This document shows positions 10,220 through 18,882 of a stretch of 64,000 nucleotides of DNA, piece by piece. The stretch is from an uncultured Candidatus Saccharibacteria bacterium (GTDB lineage Bacteria; Patescibacteriota; Dojkabacteria; J137), in the NCBI GenBank assembly GCA_964561155.1, contig CAZLOI010000002.1, positions 89,629-153,628 of the forward strand, written 5' to 3'. Position 1 is the stretch's first letter. The number at the start of each line of letters is the position of its first letter. Under the pieces are notes generated by a model. The model had not been told where the DNA came from. It saw only the letters and a list, made by a program, of their open reading frames with translations, and searched no databases. A program made the translations under genes and the position numbers.

Positions 10220-10654
10220 CTAAGGATTTAATTTTTGTTTCTTTAATTCGTTTAAATCATACTCACTTTCAAATTCTTCAAATATGAAATTCAAATCTTG
10301 AGTTTCTTCATCTTTCTCATTACTTATTCTTGCTTTGCTTACAAGTCTATCAACCCAATCCAATAGGAATTTATCACTTGAAAAGGATTTGGATACATAT
10401 TCAAATGCAACTAAATCCTTTACCTTAAACTTCTTTTTATTCTTTTTCATTTGCTCCTTTAATTGTTCAAATTCATCTATAGTTAATTCCTGATATTCAA
10501 TTATTTTGTCTAAAAATATCTGAGATTGTTTTTTCCTTTGCCAACCTTCAGCCTTAGAGCTTGGGCTAGGCTGATTAGTTGTGCTGAATTGAGTAGATTT
10601 ACCGTTTTTTACGCCGTTTTTCATATGATAATTATAAATTGCAATCTTTCTCAT
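10220..10654 (-). CDS. hypothetical protein (island cargo)
   Basis: A 144 aa ORF, charged and Lys-rich, with no recognisable domain. Confidence 0.35.
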   Translation of the reverse strand: MRKIAIYNYHMKNGVKNGKSTQFSTTNQPSPSSKAEGWQRKKQSQIFLDKIIEYQELTIDEFEQLKEQMKKNKKKFKVKDLVAFEYVSKSFSSDKFLLDWVDRLVSKARISNEKDEETQDLNFIFEEFESEYDLNELKKQKLNP

Positions 10655-10669
10655 GAAGAAAATAAAAAT

Positions 10670-12907
10670 TTATACTTTCACAGGAACTTTGGATTGTAAT
10701 TTATTGTACAAATTATTTTGTGCGATGATATTATACAAATCAATCCTACTGTCTTCATCTGGGCTAATATCTTGAACAGTGATTACAAGAGCATAATTTT
10801 GTTGGTAATTTACGTCAGTAATCCCTCTCGTTGTCATATCCATCCATAACTCCCAATCACCTCCTTGATAACTTTGACAATGTTTTTCAAAGCTAAGTAT
10901 TGGATTCCATCTTTTTCTATATTGAAATTTAGATTTTTTTATAAGATCGCCTCCAATTAAGTTACCTTTTGAATTTTTATAATGTAAATTCAACTGAATA
11001 TCCACAGAACAATAATCTTGAAGTGCTGTATTTGAAACTTCGGGTAGATATACTAGAGTACCTCTTATTTTTATTTTTTTACCTTTACCCTCTAATTCTT
11101 TAGGCACGGTAAATTTTAATTTATGCTTTGTATATTTTGCCGTTTTAGAATCGACAGCAGGCTCTCCAATTAAACCTGTAAAAATAAAAGTTGCCGATGA
11201 ATTGACACAATCAATAGCACTTGTTAAATCGGGGATTCCAAATCCAAGAAGTCGATTTAGTTCAAAACCCATCCATTTATCATCTGCCTGAATTGAATAG
11301 GAAGCTGAATGAATAAGTAATGCTTTTACTAATTCAGCAGGAGGTTCATTCCATTGTCTTGTTGTATCTAAATATGCAAAGAGTTGAGCAGCAATTTGGC
11401 TTACCAAGGGTGCTGCAAAACTTGTTCCGACGGCTTCAGCTATACCATCTTCTTTAATTGATAACCCTTTAACACCTATTCCCCCATATTGGTCATATTT
11501 ATCAGTATTCCCTCCAAAATGTACCAAATCAGGTTTAAAATCCCCTATTAAACCTGACCTTGTAAAAGGAGAAGGTTCATTTATATTTGCAATTGATCGA
11601 GTTGAATGTGTATCTGCTACTGAACCAACTACTACAGTGTTGAGACTATCCGCTGGAGGAGTAATAATGGATTCCTTATCCAAAAAATATTTTGGATATT
11701 CTCCCGTTATTTCCTTTAAATTACCTGAGGAAATTACAAATAAAACATTATATTTTTTTGCTAATGAATCAAGCTCCATTGTGATGAAGCTGTGCTTAGG
11801 TCTAGAAGGCCAATCATAATCACCATTATTAATTGACAGATTGAAAACTTTAGCCGTTTTATAATATTTTTTGACAGCAGTCGTAATCGAATCTACTAAA
11901 AATTTTTCTTTTATAAGTGTATGATTGCTAAGTTTTACATCAATCACTTTAACTTTGGCATTTAATTGACCCTGTTGAATCTGATCCTCAATATCATTAC
12001 CAAAAATTGCTCTTGAAGCAACAAAAGTTCCATGCGTTAAATCCTCTGAATCCTTATCGTTAATACAATCTAATTGATCTATTACGAGTCCATTTAAAAC
12101 TTTTAAATTGGCTATGCCCGAATCTAAAATGACTACTTTGGCGTCAGAATCAGGCTCTACAACTTCAATATCTGATAGCTTGTAATTGGATGAGGGTATT
12201 TGAGATATTCCAAAATCAAGTGATTTTTCAACTCTAAGAATTGGATTATTAGGAAGTGGATTTGTAATTTCTTCTACTAATTTATGGTATAGATCTCCAT
12301 ATAATAATTTGGCTCCAGCATTTGAGGTAAAAAAGCTCAGATTCGTTCCATACTTTTTGTTTATAATTCCACAAATCTTATTTCCCTCAAATTCAGGAAT
12401 AGAGTTGTAAAGATATATAAATCCAGTGAATTTTGATAGTTCAAACGTATCTGAATCTATAATATCCTCCCTATTTAATGGGATAAACTCTTCTATAGTA
12501 GATAGAAAGGCTCCGTCTCTGGGATTTGATTGCAAACTCAGTTGAGATATATTTTGCTGAAAAGACTTAAGATTTTTTACATTTGTTGTCGCTAAAAAAG
12601 TTGTTTCATTTTGTTGACCCTGAAAATCAATATTGAATTTTTTTGTAAAAGCCGTGGGTTGTGCGGATTTACTTGTAGCTTTTTTATTTAATTTAATTTT
12701 GAAAAAGACTGTATCTTTATTCACCGAATAATCACTTACGTGTTGCTCAGAAGAAAATATCAATTTTGATAATTCTGTAGTTCTTTTTCTTTTGAAGTTA
12801 TCAAAATCATTAGCTTTTACAAATAATGTAGGTTCACCACCACCACCTTTTTTATCTTGAATTAAATTACTGTTTGGAATTACAAATACAGGATTATTTA
12901 TTATCAT
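10670..12907 (-). CDS. subtilase (peptidase S8) with large N- and C-terminal extensions and no signal peptide
   Basis: Catalytic triad contexts VVILDSGIAN (Asp), HGTFVASRA (His) and GTSFAAPLVS (Ser). About 250 aa of unique sequence precede the catalytic domain and about 230 aa follow it. The start overlaps the AAA gene stop by 14 nt. Confidence 0.85.
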   Translation of the reverse strand: MIINNPVFVIPNSNLIQDKKGGGGEPTLFVKANDFDNFKRKRTTELSKLIFSSEQHVSDYSVNKDTVFFKIKLNKKATSKSAQPTAFTKKFNIDFQGQQNETTFLATTNVKNLKSFQQNISQLSLQSNPRDGAFLSTIEEFIPLNREDIIDSDTFELSKFTGFIYLYNSIPEFEGNKICGIINKKYGTNLSFFTSNAGAKLLYGDLYHKLVEEITNPLPNNPILRVEKSLDFGISQIPSSNYKLSDIEVVEPDSDAKVVILDSGIANLKVLNGLVIDQLDCINDKDSEDLTHGTFVASRAIFGNDIEDQIQQGQLNAKVKVIDVKLSNHTLIKEKFLVDSITTAVKKYYKTAKVFNLSINNGDYDWPSRPKHSFITMELDSLAKKYNVLFVISSGNLKEITGEYPKYFLDKESIITPPADSLNTVVVGSVADTHSTRSIANINEPSPFTRSGLIGDFKPDLVHFGGNTDKYDQYGGIGVKGLSIKEDGIAEAVGTSFAAPLVSQIAAQLFAYLDTTRQWNEPPAELVKALLIHSASYSIQADDKWMGFELNRLLGFGIPDLTSAIDCVNSSATFIFTGLIGEPAVDSKTAKYTKHKLKFTVPKELEGKGKKIKIRGTLVYLPEVSNTALQDYCSVDIQLNLHYKNSKGNLIGGDLIKKSKFQYRKRWNPILSFEKHCQSYQGGDWELWMDMTTRGITDVNYQQNYALVITVQDISPDEDSRIDLYNIIAQNNLYNKLQSKVPVKV

Positions 12908-14018
12908 ACTTGCTGTTTAAAATATTAGATAAAGTTGAATCAGGAATCCCAGTTATATTTTCTAAATATTTAAAAGTAAACAATTTGTCATCATTCTTTC
13001 TAAGAATCTTAACTATTTCTTTTAAGTTTTTTCTGTCCATCTTATCTTTAATATTATATTTGTTGGTTTGCAATTTAAATTCTGCAACATTTTTTAATAA
13101 TAAATTGTCTAGATTTACTTTTTTATCATTTAAGATCCACATTCTTAAACTTCTATTTATTAAATTTCTTAAAGATGATCCAGAAATTTGTCCACTAATC
13201 TCAACTAGTGTAGAAATATTTTTAATCATATAATCCTTTAAATATAATTCAAAAAACTTTCTTATAGCTTCTTTATCAAACAAATCTAAATTTAGTGTAT
13301 ATGTAAATCTTCTTTTAATTGCAGAATCCAAAAGATGGTCATGGTTAGTTGCTGCAACAAGAATGGTTGAGCTATTAAGTTCATCTATGTTCTGCAAAAG
13401 AACTGTCACAACTCTTTTTAATTCACCTAATTCATTAGAATCATCTCTTTTCTTTCCTAATGCATCGAACTCGTCCAAAAATAAAATGCACGGAGATTTA
13501 TTCGCTTCAGTAAAAACTTTTCTGATATTTCGACCCGTATCACCTAAATATGAAGATATAATTCCATCCAAATAAACATGAAGTATGGGTAAATTAAGTT
13601 CTCCCGCTAAAATATAAGAAAATAGAGTTTTTCCTGTTCCTGGTGGACCATAAAGTAATATTTTATTTTCCAAGGGCACATTATTCTCTATTAATAGTTT
13701 TCTCTTCTTAAAGTTTTTAATTACTTCATCTAAAAGTGAAGTGTTTTCTTCATTTAGAATGATATAGCTTTTATTAATTTCAGACTCCCTAAATTCAAAT
13801 AACTTTGAGTCTGAATTATTTATACTAGAATTTGAAAAATCCAAATCTTTATTTTCAGATTGAGGTATAGACAGTAGCTTTCTTAAATTTTTTGCTAAAT
13901 TATATTGCCCTGTATTTTCAATATCTGAAATGTATTTCTGTAGAAATTTATCAGCAGTATGTATATTCCCTTTCTTATACATTTCTGCTACTTTAAGAAG
14001 AATGTCAGTTTTAGTCAT
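12894..14018 (-). CDS. classical-clade AAA+ ATPase with MIT-like N-terminal helical domain
   Basis: Walker A LLYGPPGTGKTLF, Walker B ILFLDEFDALG and a sensor-1 region ATNHDHLLD. It has a helical N-terminus of about 100 aa. Confidence 0.85.
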   Translation of the reverse strand: MTKTDILLKVAEMYKKGNIHTADKFLQKYISDIENTGQYNLAKNLRKLLSIPQSENKDLDFSNSSINNSDSKLFEFRESEINKSYIILNEENTSLLDEVIKNFKKRKLLIENNVPLENKILLYGPPGTGKTLFSYILAGELNLPILHVYLDGIISSYLGDTGRNIRKVFTEANKSPCILFLDEFDALGKKRDDSNELGELKRVVTVLLQNIDELNSSTILVAATNHDHLLDSAIKRRFTYTLNLDLFDKEAIRKFFELYLKDYMIKNISTLVEISGQISGSSLRNLINRSLRMWILNDKKVNLDNLLLKNVAEFKLQTNKYNIKDKMDRKNLKEIVKILRKNDDKLFTFKYLENITGIPDSTLSNILNSKYDNK

Positions 14019-14417
14019 AAATATATCTTATCCCAAACCTAGTAAAACTTCAAACTTTGGGATAATTCGAGCTGATATATATATGGGATGATATTAATTC
14101 TAGTCTATCTTTATCCGATGATAAAGTTTAAAGTCGTCATGTCTAAGATAATGTTAAATAATTAATTCTATATTATAAAATCAATTTCCTTGGTTTTACC
14201 TCCCTTCGCTTCGATAACTGCCAATTCATACCTATGCTCAACAATAGTGATTTGGTTCAATACAGTCAAATCAATCCAAGATTCCCAATTTGAAAAGTTT
14301 GAAGTATAATTCTGTGTTGACCCCAAAATGAAACATCCTAAACTACACAAAGTTATGTAGCTTTGACATATCCCTAATATATTTTTAAAATAGAGCATTA
14401 CTTATTAACGTATCTAC

Positions 14418-14813
14418 ATGGTTGAAGTAAATATAGTTGCTGTTTTAGTTGCTGCTTTATCCGCTTTCTTTCTAGGCTATATTTGGTACACAGTAGTGTT
14501 TGTGAAACCATGGAAGGAAGAAATTGGAATGGGAGAGAATAGCGATGCTGTAGCTCCAAATCTGGGTATGTTATTAATAGGATCATTTGTTCTAGAAATA
14601 ATCATGGCATTTGTTATGGCACGATTCTTTATAGGTAACGCAGATGCTTTGGGAGGATTAAAAGCAGGTTTCTTAATTGGATTACCAGTTGTTGCTTTTG
14701 CATTCGGAGTTAATTACTTATTCGAAGGAAGATCATTAAAGCATTGGTTAATTAATGCTGCATACTATACAGTTGTATTCTCTGTAATGGGATTGATACT
14801 AGGAGCAATGTAA
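14418..14813 (+). CDS. DUF1761-like small membrane protein (paralog of 54640..55062)
   Basis: Four transmembrane segments; shares GY(I/L)WY...K(P/K)W(K/M)(E/K)E(I/V)G with the 54640..55062 product. Confidence 0.5.
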   Translation: MVEVNIVAVLVAALSAFFLGYIWYTVVFVKPWKEEIGMGENSDAVAPNLGMLLIGSFVLEIIMAFVMARFFIGNADALGGLKAGFLIGLPVVAFAFGVNYLFEGRSLKHWLINAAYYTVVFSVMGLILGAM

Positions 14814-14841
14814 ATCTTTCATTATCCATGGGATGATTGTT

Positions 14842-14880
14842 AACACTTAGAGTAGAGGACTGCCCTAAGTGTTTTTTGTT
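14842..14880 (+). terminator. intrinsic terminator candidate
   Basis: AACACTTAG...CTAAGTGTT stem followed by TTTTTT, 29 nt after the stop of 14418..14813. Confidence 0.45.
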
Positions 14881-15268
14881 TCTCTTAGAATACTTTGATA
14901 CTAGTTATATCAATTGTGAATGATCCTCCATAATAGAATCTAGTGTGTATTGTATTTGTTCCTTGAGTTAGATTGAAACCTATAAATGCTGATAGATTGA
15001 GATTCTAAAGGGATTTAATATTTGGAGCTTTACAAGCATATGTGTTTTGTAATTATTGCATTTTGCCCTAAAGTCTACTCATATTCCAAGAATGACACAT
15101 ACAAATTAAAAGTGATACATGATTACAAAAATGGATTGCAATGTTGAATTTATCTATGCCAGACAGTTGTTATTGACATACATAATAAGTATATCTATTA
15201 TGTGAATATACTAAACAAGAACCAAACTTTTATACGTTACCATAGATATTTCTTAAGCAATTCTTCAT

Positions 15269-17020
15269 ATGAGATCAAAGAAATACCTAATACTTGGAGT
15301 CACAATATTCCTTGGATTAAGTAGTGTTGCAATATTTTTAATAATGAACCAGAACCTTGCGATAGAGGATTCAGAAGCAAGTAACTCAGCAGATTTGGAA
15401 GAAGCTGTAGCTGCATGGCCTGCATCCTCAGACTTAGTAACACTAGCCGCAGTTGGAACAAACCAGCAGACTTGTTCGGATTTAAGTGGTCCAGCTGTGT
15501 TGGTAAGTAGCGATCTTCCTACATTCTTAAAGAAAGGAGAAGCTTTCACTGGAACATTAAAAATATTGAACTGTTCTAAAGCTACATGGAAAAAGTATAA
15601 CGGGAGTAGAGGACATAACTTTGGTCCTGTTAATCCTCAAGAGAACAATACATTTGGTCCAACTAGATATGCACTACCAAATGATGTAGCACCAGGAACT
15701 TCCGTAGATCTACAAGTAACTGGAACAGCGCCTTCTACAAACGGAAGTTACGTATTTCAACTAGGATTAGTTAAGGAATCTGTAAAATGGATTACACCAT
15801 ATCTATCTCCTCATATATTTATCGTTGGAGACTACAAGACATGTGATACAGCAAGAGCATTAGTGAATACAACTCAGGATGCAAAGCAAACACTACAAAC
15901 ATGTATAGATGCAGCTCCAGTGGGATCTACAGTTGTACTACCAGCTGGTGTGTACACAGTCTCAGGTCAAGTTCGAGTTAAAAGTACAATCAGTTTGGTG
16001 TCTGAAAAAAGTGTATCTACGCGAGCTGCTTTTACATGTGATACAGAACCCTACACCAACTGTGCTGTTATAAAGGCAGGAGCTACCTATAGGGGATCTG
16101 GAACTACAGAGCCAGAAATAGCTGTGCTAAGAGTTGCGAGTGAAAACGGAGGAAATGTTGATAACTTTACAATGGTAAATATTGTAATCGATGGAAACAT
16201 TACAGAACGGCTCGCTGCTTCAACTGGTAAGTGTCTTGCTGGAGTATCTAGAGACTTTAATATCTCTGCAAACAGCTATGGATTTAAAATGTTTAGAAGT
16301 GCATCTGTTAATGCAGTCTGCGGTACTGGACTATCTCTTTTTGGAGGAACATCTACCGAAGGTGGAGGATCAGTGATCGCATTCAATCTATTTGCTAAAA
16401 ATGGAACACATCACCAAGATGACGGCAATCATGGACCATGGGCAGATGGTGCATCTATTGTAGGGAGAAACATGTATGTATTCAACAATACTTTCTATAA
16501 CAATACAGATGTTGATCTAATCTTCTGGTACAGCAAAGGAAGTCATATACATTACAATAGACTAAACCACGACGATCAAGACTACTACAGTTATGCAACA
16601 TTAATGTTAACTTCAAATGTTAATGATCCAATTGGAACAGATCACTCTGGAACTGTAATATCATTTAATAAAATAAAGTGTGGAAGAGCATGTGGTTTTG
16701 GAATAGTTGTTGGAGGAAAGAATTGGTCTCCTGATGCTACAAAATCTTTAGGAGGAACAGTTAAGAACAATACAATTCAAGGAACATATCAAGCAATAAG
16801 TGTTGCTGGTGCAGGAACAGCAGAAGCTCCAGTCATTATCTCTGGTAACAAGTTTGTGAATACAAGATATATTAAGAACAGTTGTGGAGAAACAACAACA
16901 GACCTTGTATTTAACCCAGGTAGTGTAGTCTCACATGACCTAACTAGTAAAGTTAATAGCAAGGGTTGGAACTGTACCTTACCTAGCTGTAACTTTGATC
17001 AGAACTTCTGTGCGAAGTAG
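15269..17020 (+). CDS. secreted or anchored right-handed parallel beta-helix protein (pectate-lyase/tailspike-like fold)
   Basis: An N-terminal signal/anchor (ILGVTIFLGLSSVAIFLI), then repeated N/G-rich turns typical of PbH1 repeats (NNTFYNNTDVDLIF, GTVKNNTIQG, ISGNKFVNT). Confidence 0.55.
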   Translation: MRSKKYLILGVTIFLGLSSVAIFLIMNQNLAIEDSEASNSADLEEAVAAWPASSDLVTLAAVGTNQQTCSDLSGPAVLVSSDLPTFLKKGEAFTGTLKILNCSKATWKKYNGSRGHNFGPVNPQENNTFGPTRYALPNDVAPGTSVDLQVTGTAPSTNGSYVFQLGLVKESVKWITPYLSPHIFIVGDYKTCDTARALVNTTQDAKQTLQTCIDAAPVGSTVVLPAGVYTVSGQVRVKSTISLVSEKSVSTRAAFTCDTEPYTNCAVIKAGATYRGSGTTEPEIAVLRVASENGGNVDNFTMVNIVIDGNITERLAASTGKCLAGVSRDFNISANSYGFKMFRSASVNAVCGTGLSLFGGTSTEGGGSVIAFNLFAKNGTHHQDDGNHGPWADGASIVGRNMYVFNNTFYNNTDVDLIFWYSKGSHIHYNRLNHDDQDYYSYATLMLTSNVNDPIGTDHSGTVISFNKIKCGRACGFGIVVGGKNWSPDATKSLGGTVKNNTIQGTYQAISVAGAGTAEAPVIISGNKFVNTRYIKNSCGETTTDLVFNPGSVVSHDLTSKVNSKGWNCTLPSCNFDQNFCAK

Positions 17021-17080
17021 TATTAGAAAAAGTAAAGATAGATAGAATCGAGTATAGAACTAGGATAAATAGAATTGAAA

Positions 17081-17106
17081 AAGGCACCGTTTGGTGCCTT
17101 TTCTTT
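17081..17106. terminator. bidirectional intrinsic terminator between convergent genes
   Basis: AAGGCACC-GTTT-GGTGCCTT hairpin flanked by A-run and T-run. Confidence 0.55.
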
Positions 17107-17120
17107 AACATCAATAAACC

Positions 17121-17372
17121 TTATGAAAGGTGTGCTGATACTAACTTAGTCATTTCAAACATATTTACAGTTTCCTTACCTCCGAAAACCTTCTTTAGCT
17201 TTTCATCAGCATTAATATTTCTCTTGTTTGTAGGATCCTGAAGATTGTTTGCCTTAATATATACCCATAATGCCTTAGTAACTTCAGTTCTTGGCATAGG
17301 TCCAGCACCTACAACAGCCTGTAACTCAGGAGAAAGATTCATTGGTTTTGACAATCCACCATTAGCAGCCAT
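17121..17372 (-). CDS. SWIB/MDM2-domain protein
   Basis: LSPELQAVVG...MPRTEVTKALWVYIKANNLQDP...KLKKVFG...VNMFEMTKLVSAHL matches the SWIB fold consensus. 83 aa. Confidence 0.65.
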   Translation of the reverse strand: MAANGGLSKPMNLSPELQAVVGAGPMPRTEVTKALWVYIKANNLQDPTNKRNINADEKLKKVFGGKETVNMFEMTKLVSAHLS

Positions 17373-17489
17373 AAAAGATTATTAAAAATTAATTGTCTCA
17401 ATTTATCACATTATCCTTCTTTTGCCAATTTTTCTCCTCTGAAGACGCCTCCTAGAGTCGTTTACTTCGGCAACCATATTAGATAGAAT

Positions 17490-17885
17490 TTGATTAATAA
17501 ATTAGAAACTACAAACGCTATGCAGCCACAAATAATATTAATCGCAATCTGGATAGCTCTAATGCTTGTATACCTGTTAGGAGATGTGCTTAGAATATTT
17601 AGTGGAGACTTTAAGCCTGGAGAAATCGAGGGAGTGAAAGTATCTCAAATTCAGTGGTTAGGGATATCAATTCTGATGGTAATTCCAATTGTAATGATCA
17701 TACTCACACTTTCTTTAGATTACTCTGCAAACAGAATACTTAACATTGTTGTAGCTGGATTCTTTTTTGCTTTCAATCTATTTGGACTACCCACCTATCC
17801 TAGTGCATATGACAAATTCCTAATAGTTGTTGGACTTGTATTCAATATAATAACTATTGTATATGCATGTAACTGGGTTTTATGA
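17490..17885 (+). CDS. small membrane protein
   Basis: Four predicted transmembrane segments and no other motif. Confidence 0.4.
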   Translation: MINKLETTNAMQPQIILIAIWIALMLVYLLGDVLRIFSGDFKPGEIEGVKVSQIQWLGISILMVIPIVMIILTLSLDYSANRILNIVVAGFFFAFNLFGLPTYPSAYDKFLIVVGLVFNIITIVYACNWVL

Positions 17886-17944
17886 CAAAATATTTGACAT
17901 AAGCTGCGACATATAATAAATTATTGTCATATAAAATTATCGTA

Positions 17945-18882
17945 ATGATAAAAACTAACGTATTAGGTAAGCTTTCATTATTTCTCTTTATTCTCTCGCT
18001 TTTTTAACCTCAACAGCAACAATAGTACAAGCGCAATCAGAGCCCCTGAAAGTTCGAGTTGCTGTATACGAGAACCCACCTAAAATATATACCGATGTAG
18101 ATGGAAAGCTTAAAGGATTCTGGCCAGAAATTGTTGACTATCTAGCAGAGAAAATGAACTGGGAAGTAGAGTATGTACCTGGAACATTTAATGAAGGTTT
18201 AGAAAGACTATTAAACAATGATGTAGATACTCTAGTTGACGTAGGATATTCTGTAGAGCGATCTAGAATATATGATTTCAATGAAGAAACTGTGTTTATA
18301 AACTGGGCAGGAGTATATTCGAGTGAAAATCTTAATATCAATTCCATTGCAGATTTAGAAGGAAAGAGAATAGCAGTACTGAAGGGTGATATTCATTTCT
18401 TGGGTCCACTTGGAATGCAAGCGCTGTTAGATTCATTTGGTTTTGATGCAACTTTCATAGCTCTTGATTCATACGCAGATAATATGCAGGCAGTTTCTGA
18501 TGGTGAAGCAGATATTGCTATAGTTAATAGACTATTTGGTAGCTTTCAGGAAGAGAATTACAATGTAAAGAAAACTGGAATTGTCTTTAATCCAATTGAA
18601 CTTAAGTTTGCATTTTCAAAAAATGGTCCAAACTCAGAAAGATTAATATCAGAAATCGACACAACGCTTTTTGAACTCAAAGGTGACGCAGACAGCATAT
18701 ACTACGATGCAATAATTCGAAATCTAGAAAATGTTGTTAGAACTGTTGAAGTTGAAGTGCCCCAGACATTTGCTGCTACAAGTTTACACATTGTACTCAC
18801 ATTACTCGTACTATTCTCTGTAGTATTAGTAATTAACAGCAGATACCATATTACATTTACAAGACGAACGGCAGCAATTTAA
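17945..18882 (+). CDS. periplasmic solute-binding-like (SBP_bac_3) sensor domain with C-terminal TM anchor; the signal peptide is out of frame (frameshift near a T6 run)
   Basis: ATG at 17945 encodes MIKTNVLGKLSLFLFILSLF* in frame 2. Frame 1 is open from 17971 and continues ...TATIVQAQSEPLKVRVAVYENPPKIYTDVDGKLKGFWPEIVDYL... (an SBP family 3 fold), ending in a transmembrane segment LHIVLTLLVLFSVVLVI. Confidence 0.55.

Noticed and set aside
14019-15268. Searched by eye for a direct repeat of the tRNA-His 3' end (attR), for example gggataattcgagctg near 14058-14075
   Set aside because: Similarity to GGGTTCGAGCCCCAC is too weak and interrupted. Serine-recombinase elements are not expected to carry long tRNA-derived direct repeats, so no attR is claimed.
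15269-17020. Apparent enrichment of N-x-S/T sequons (about 14) in the beta-helix protein, suggesting N-glycosylation
   Set aside because: The protein is Asn/Thr/Ser-rich and the count is within about 2x of compositional expectation. The tRNA and gene content indicate a bacterium with no oligosaccharyltransferase visible in the window.
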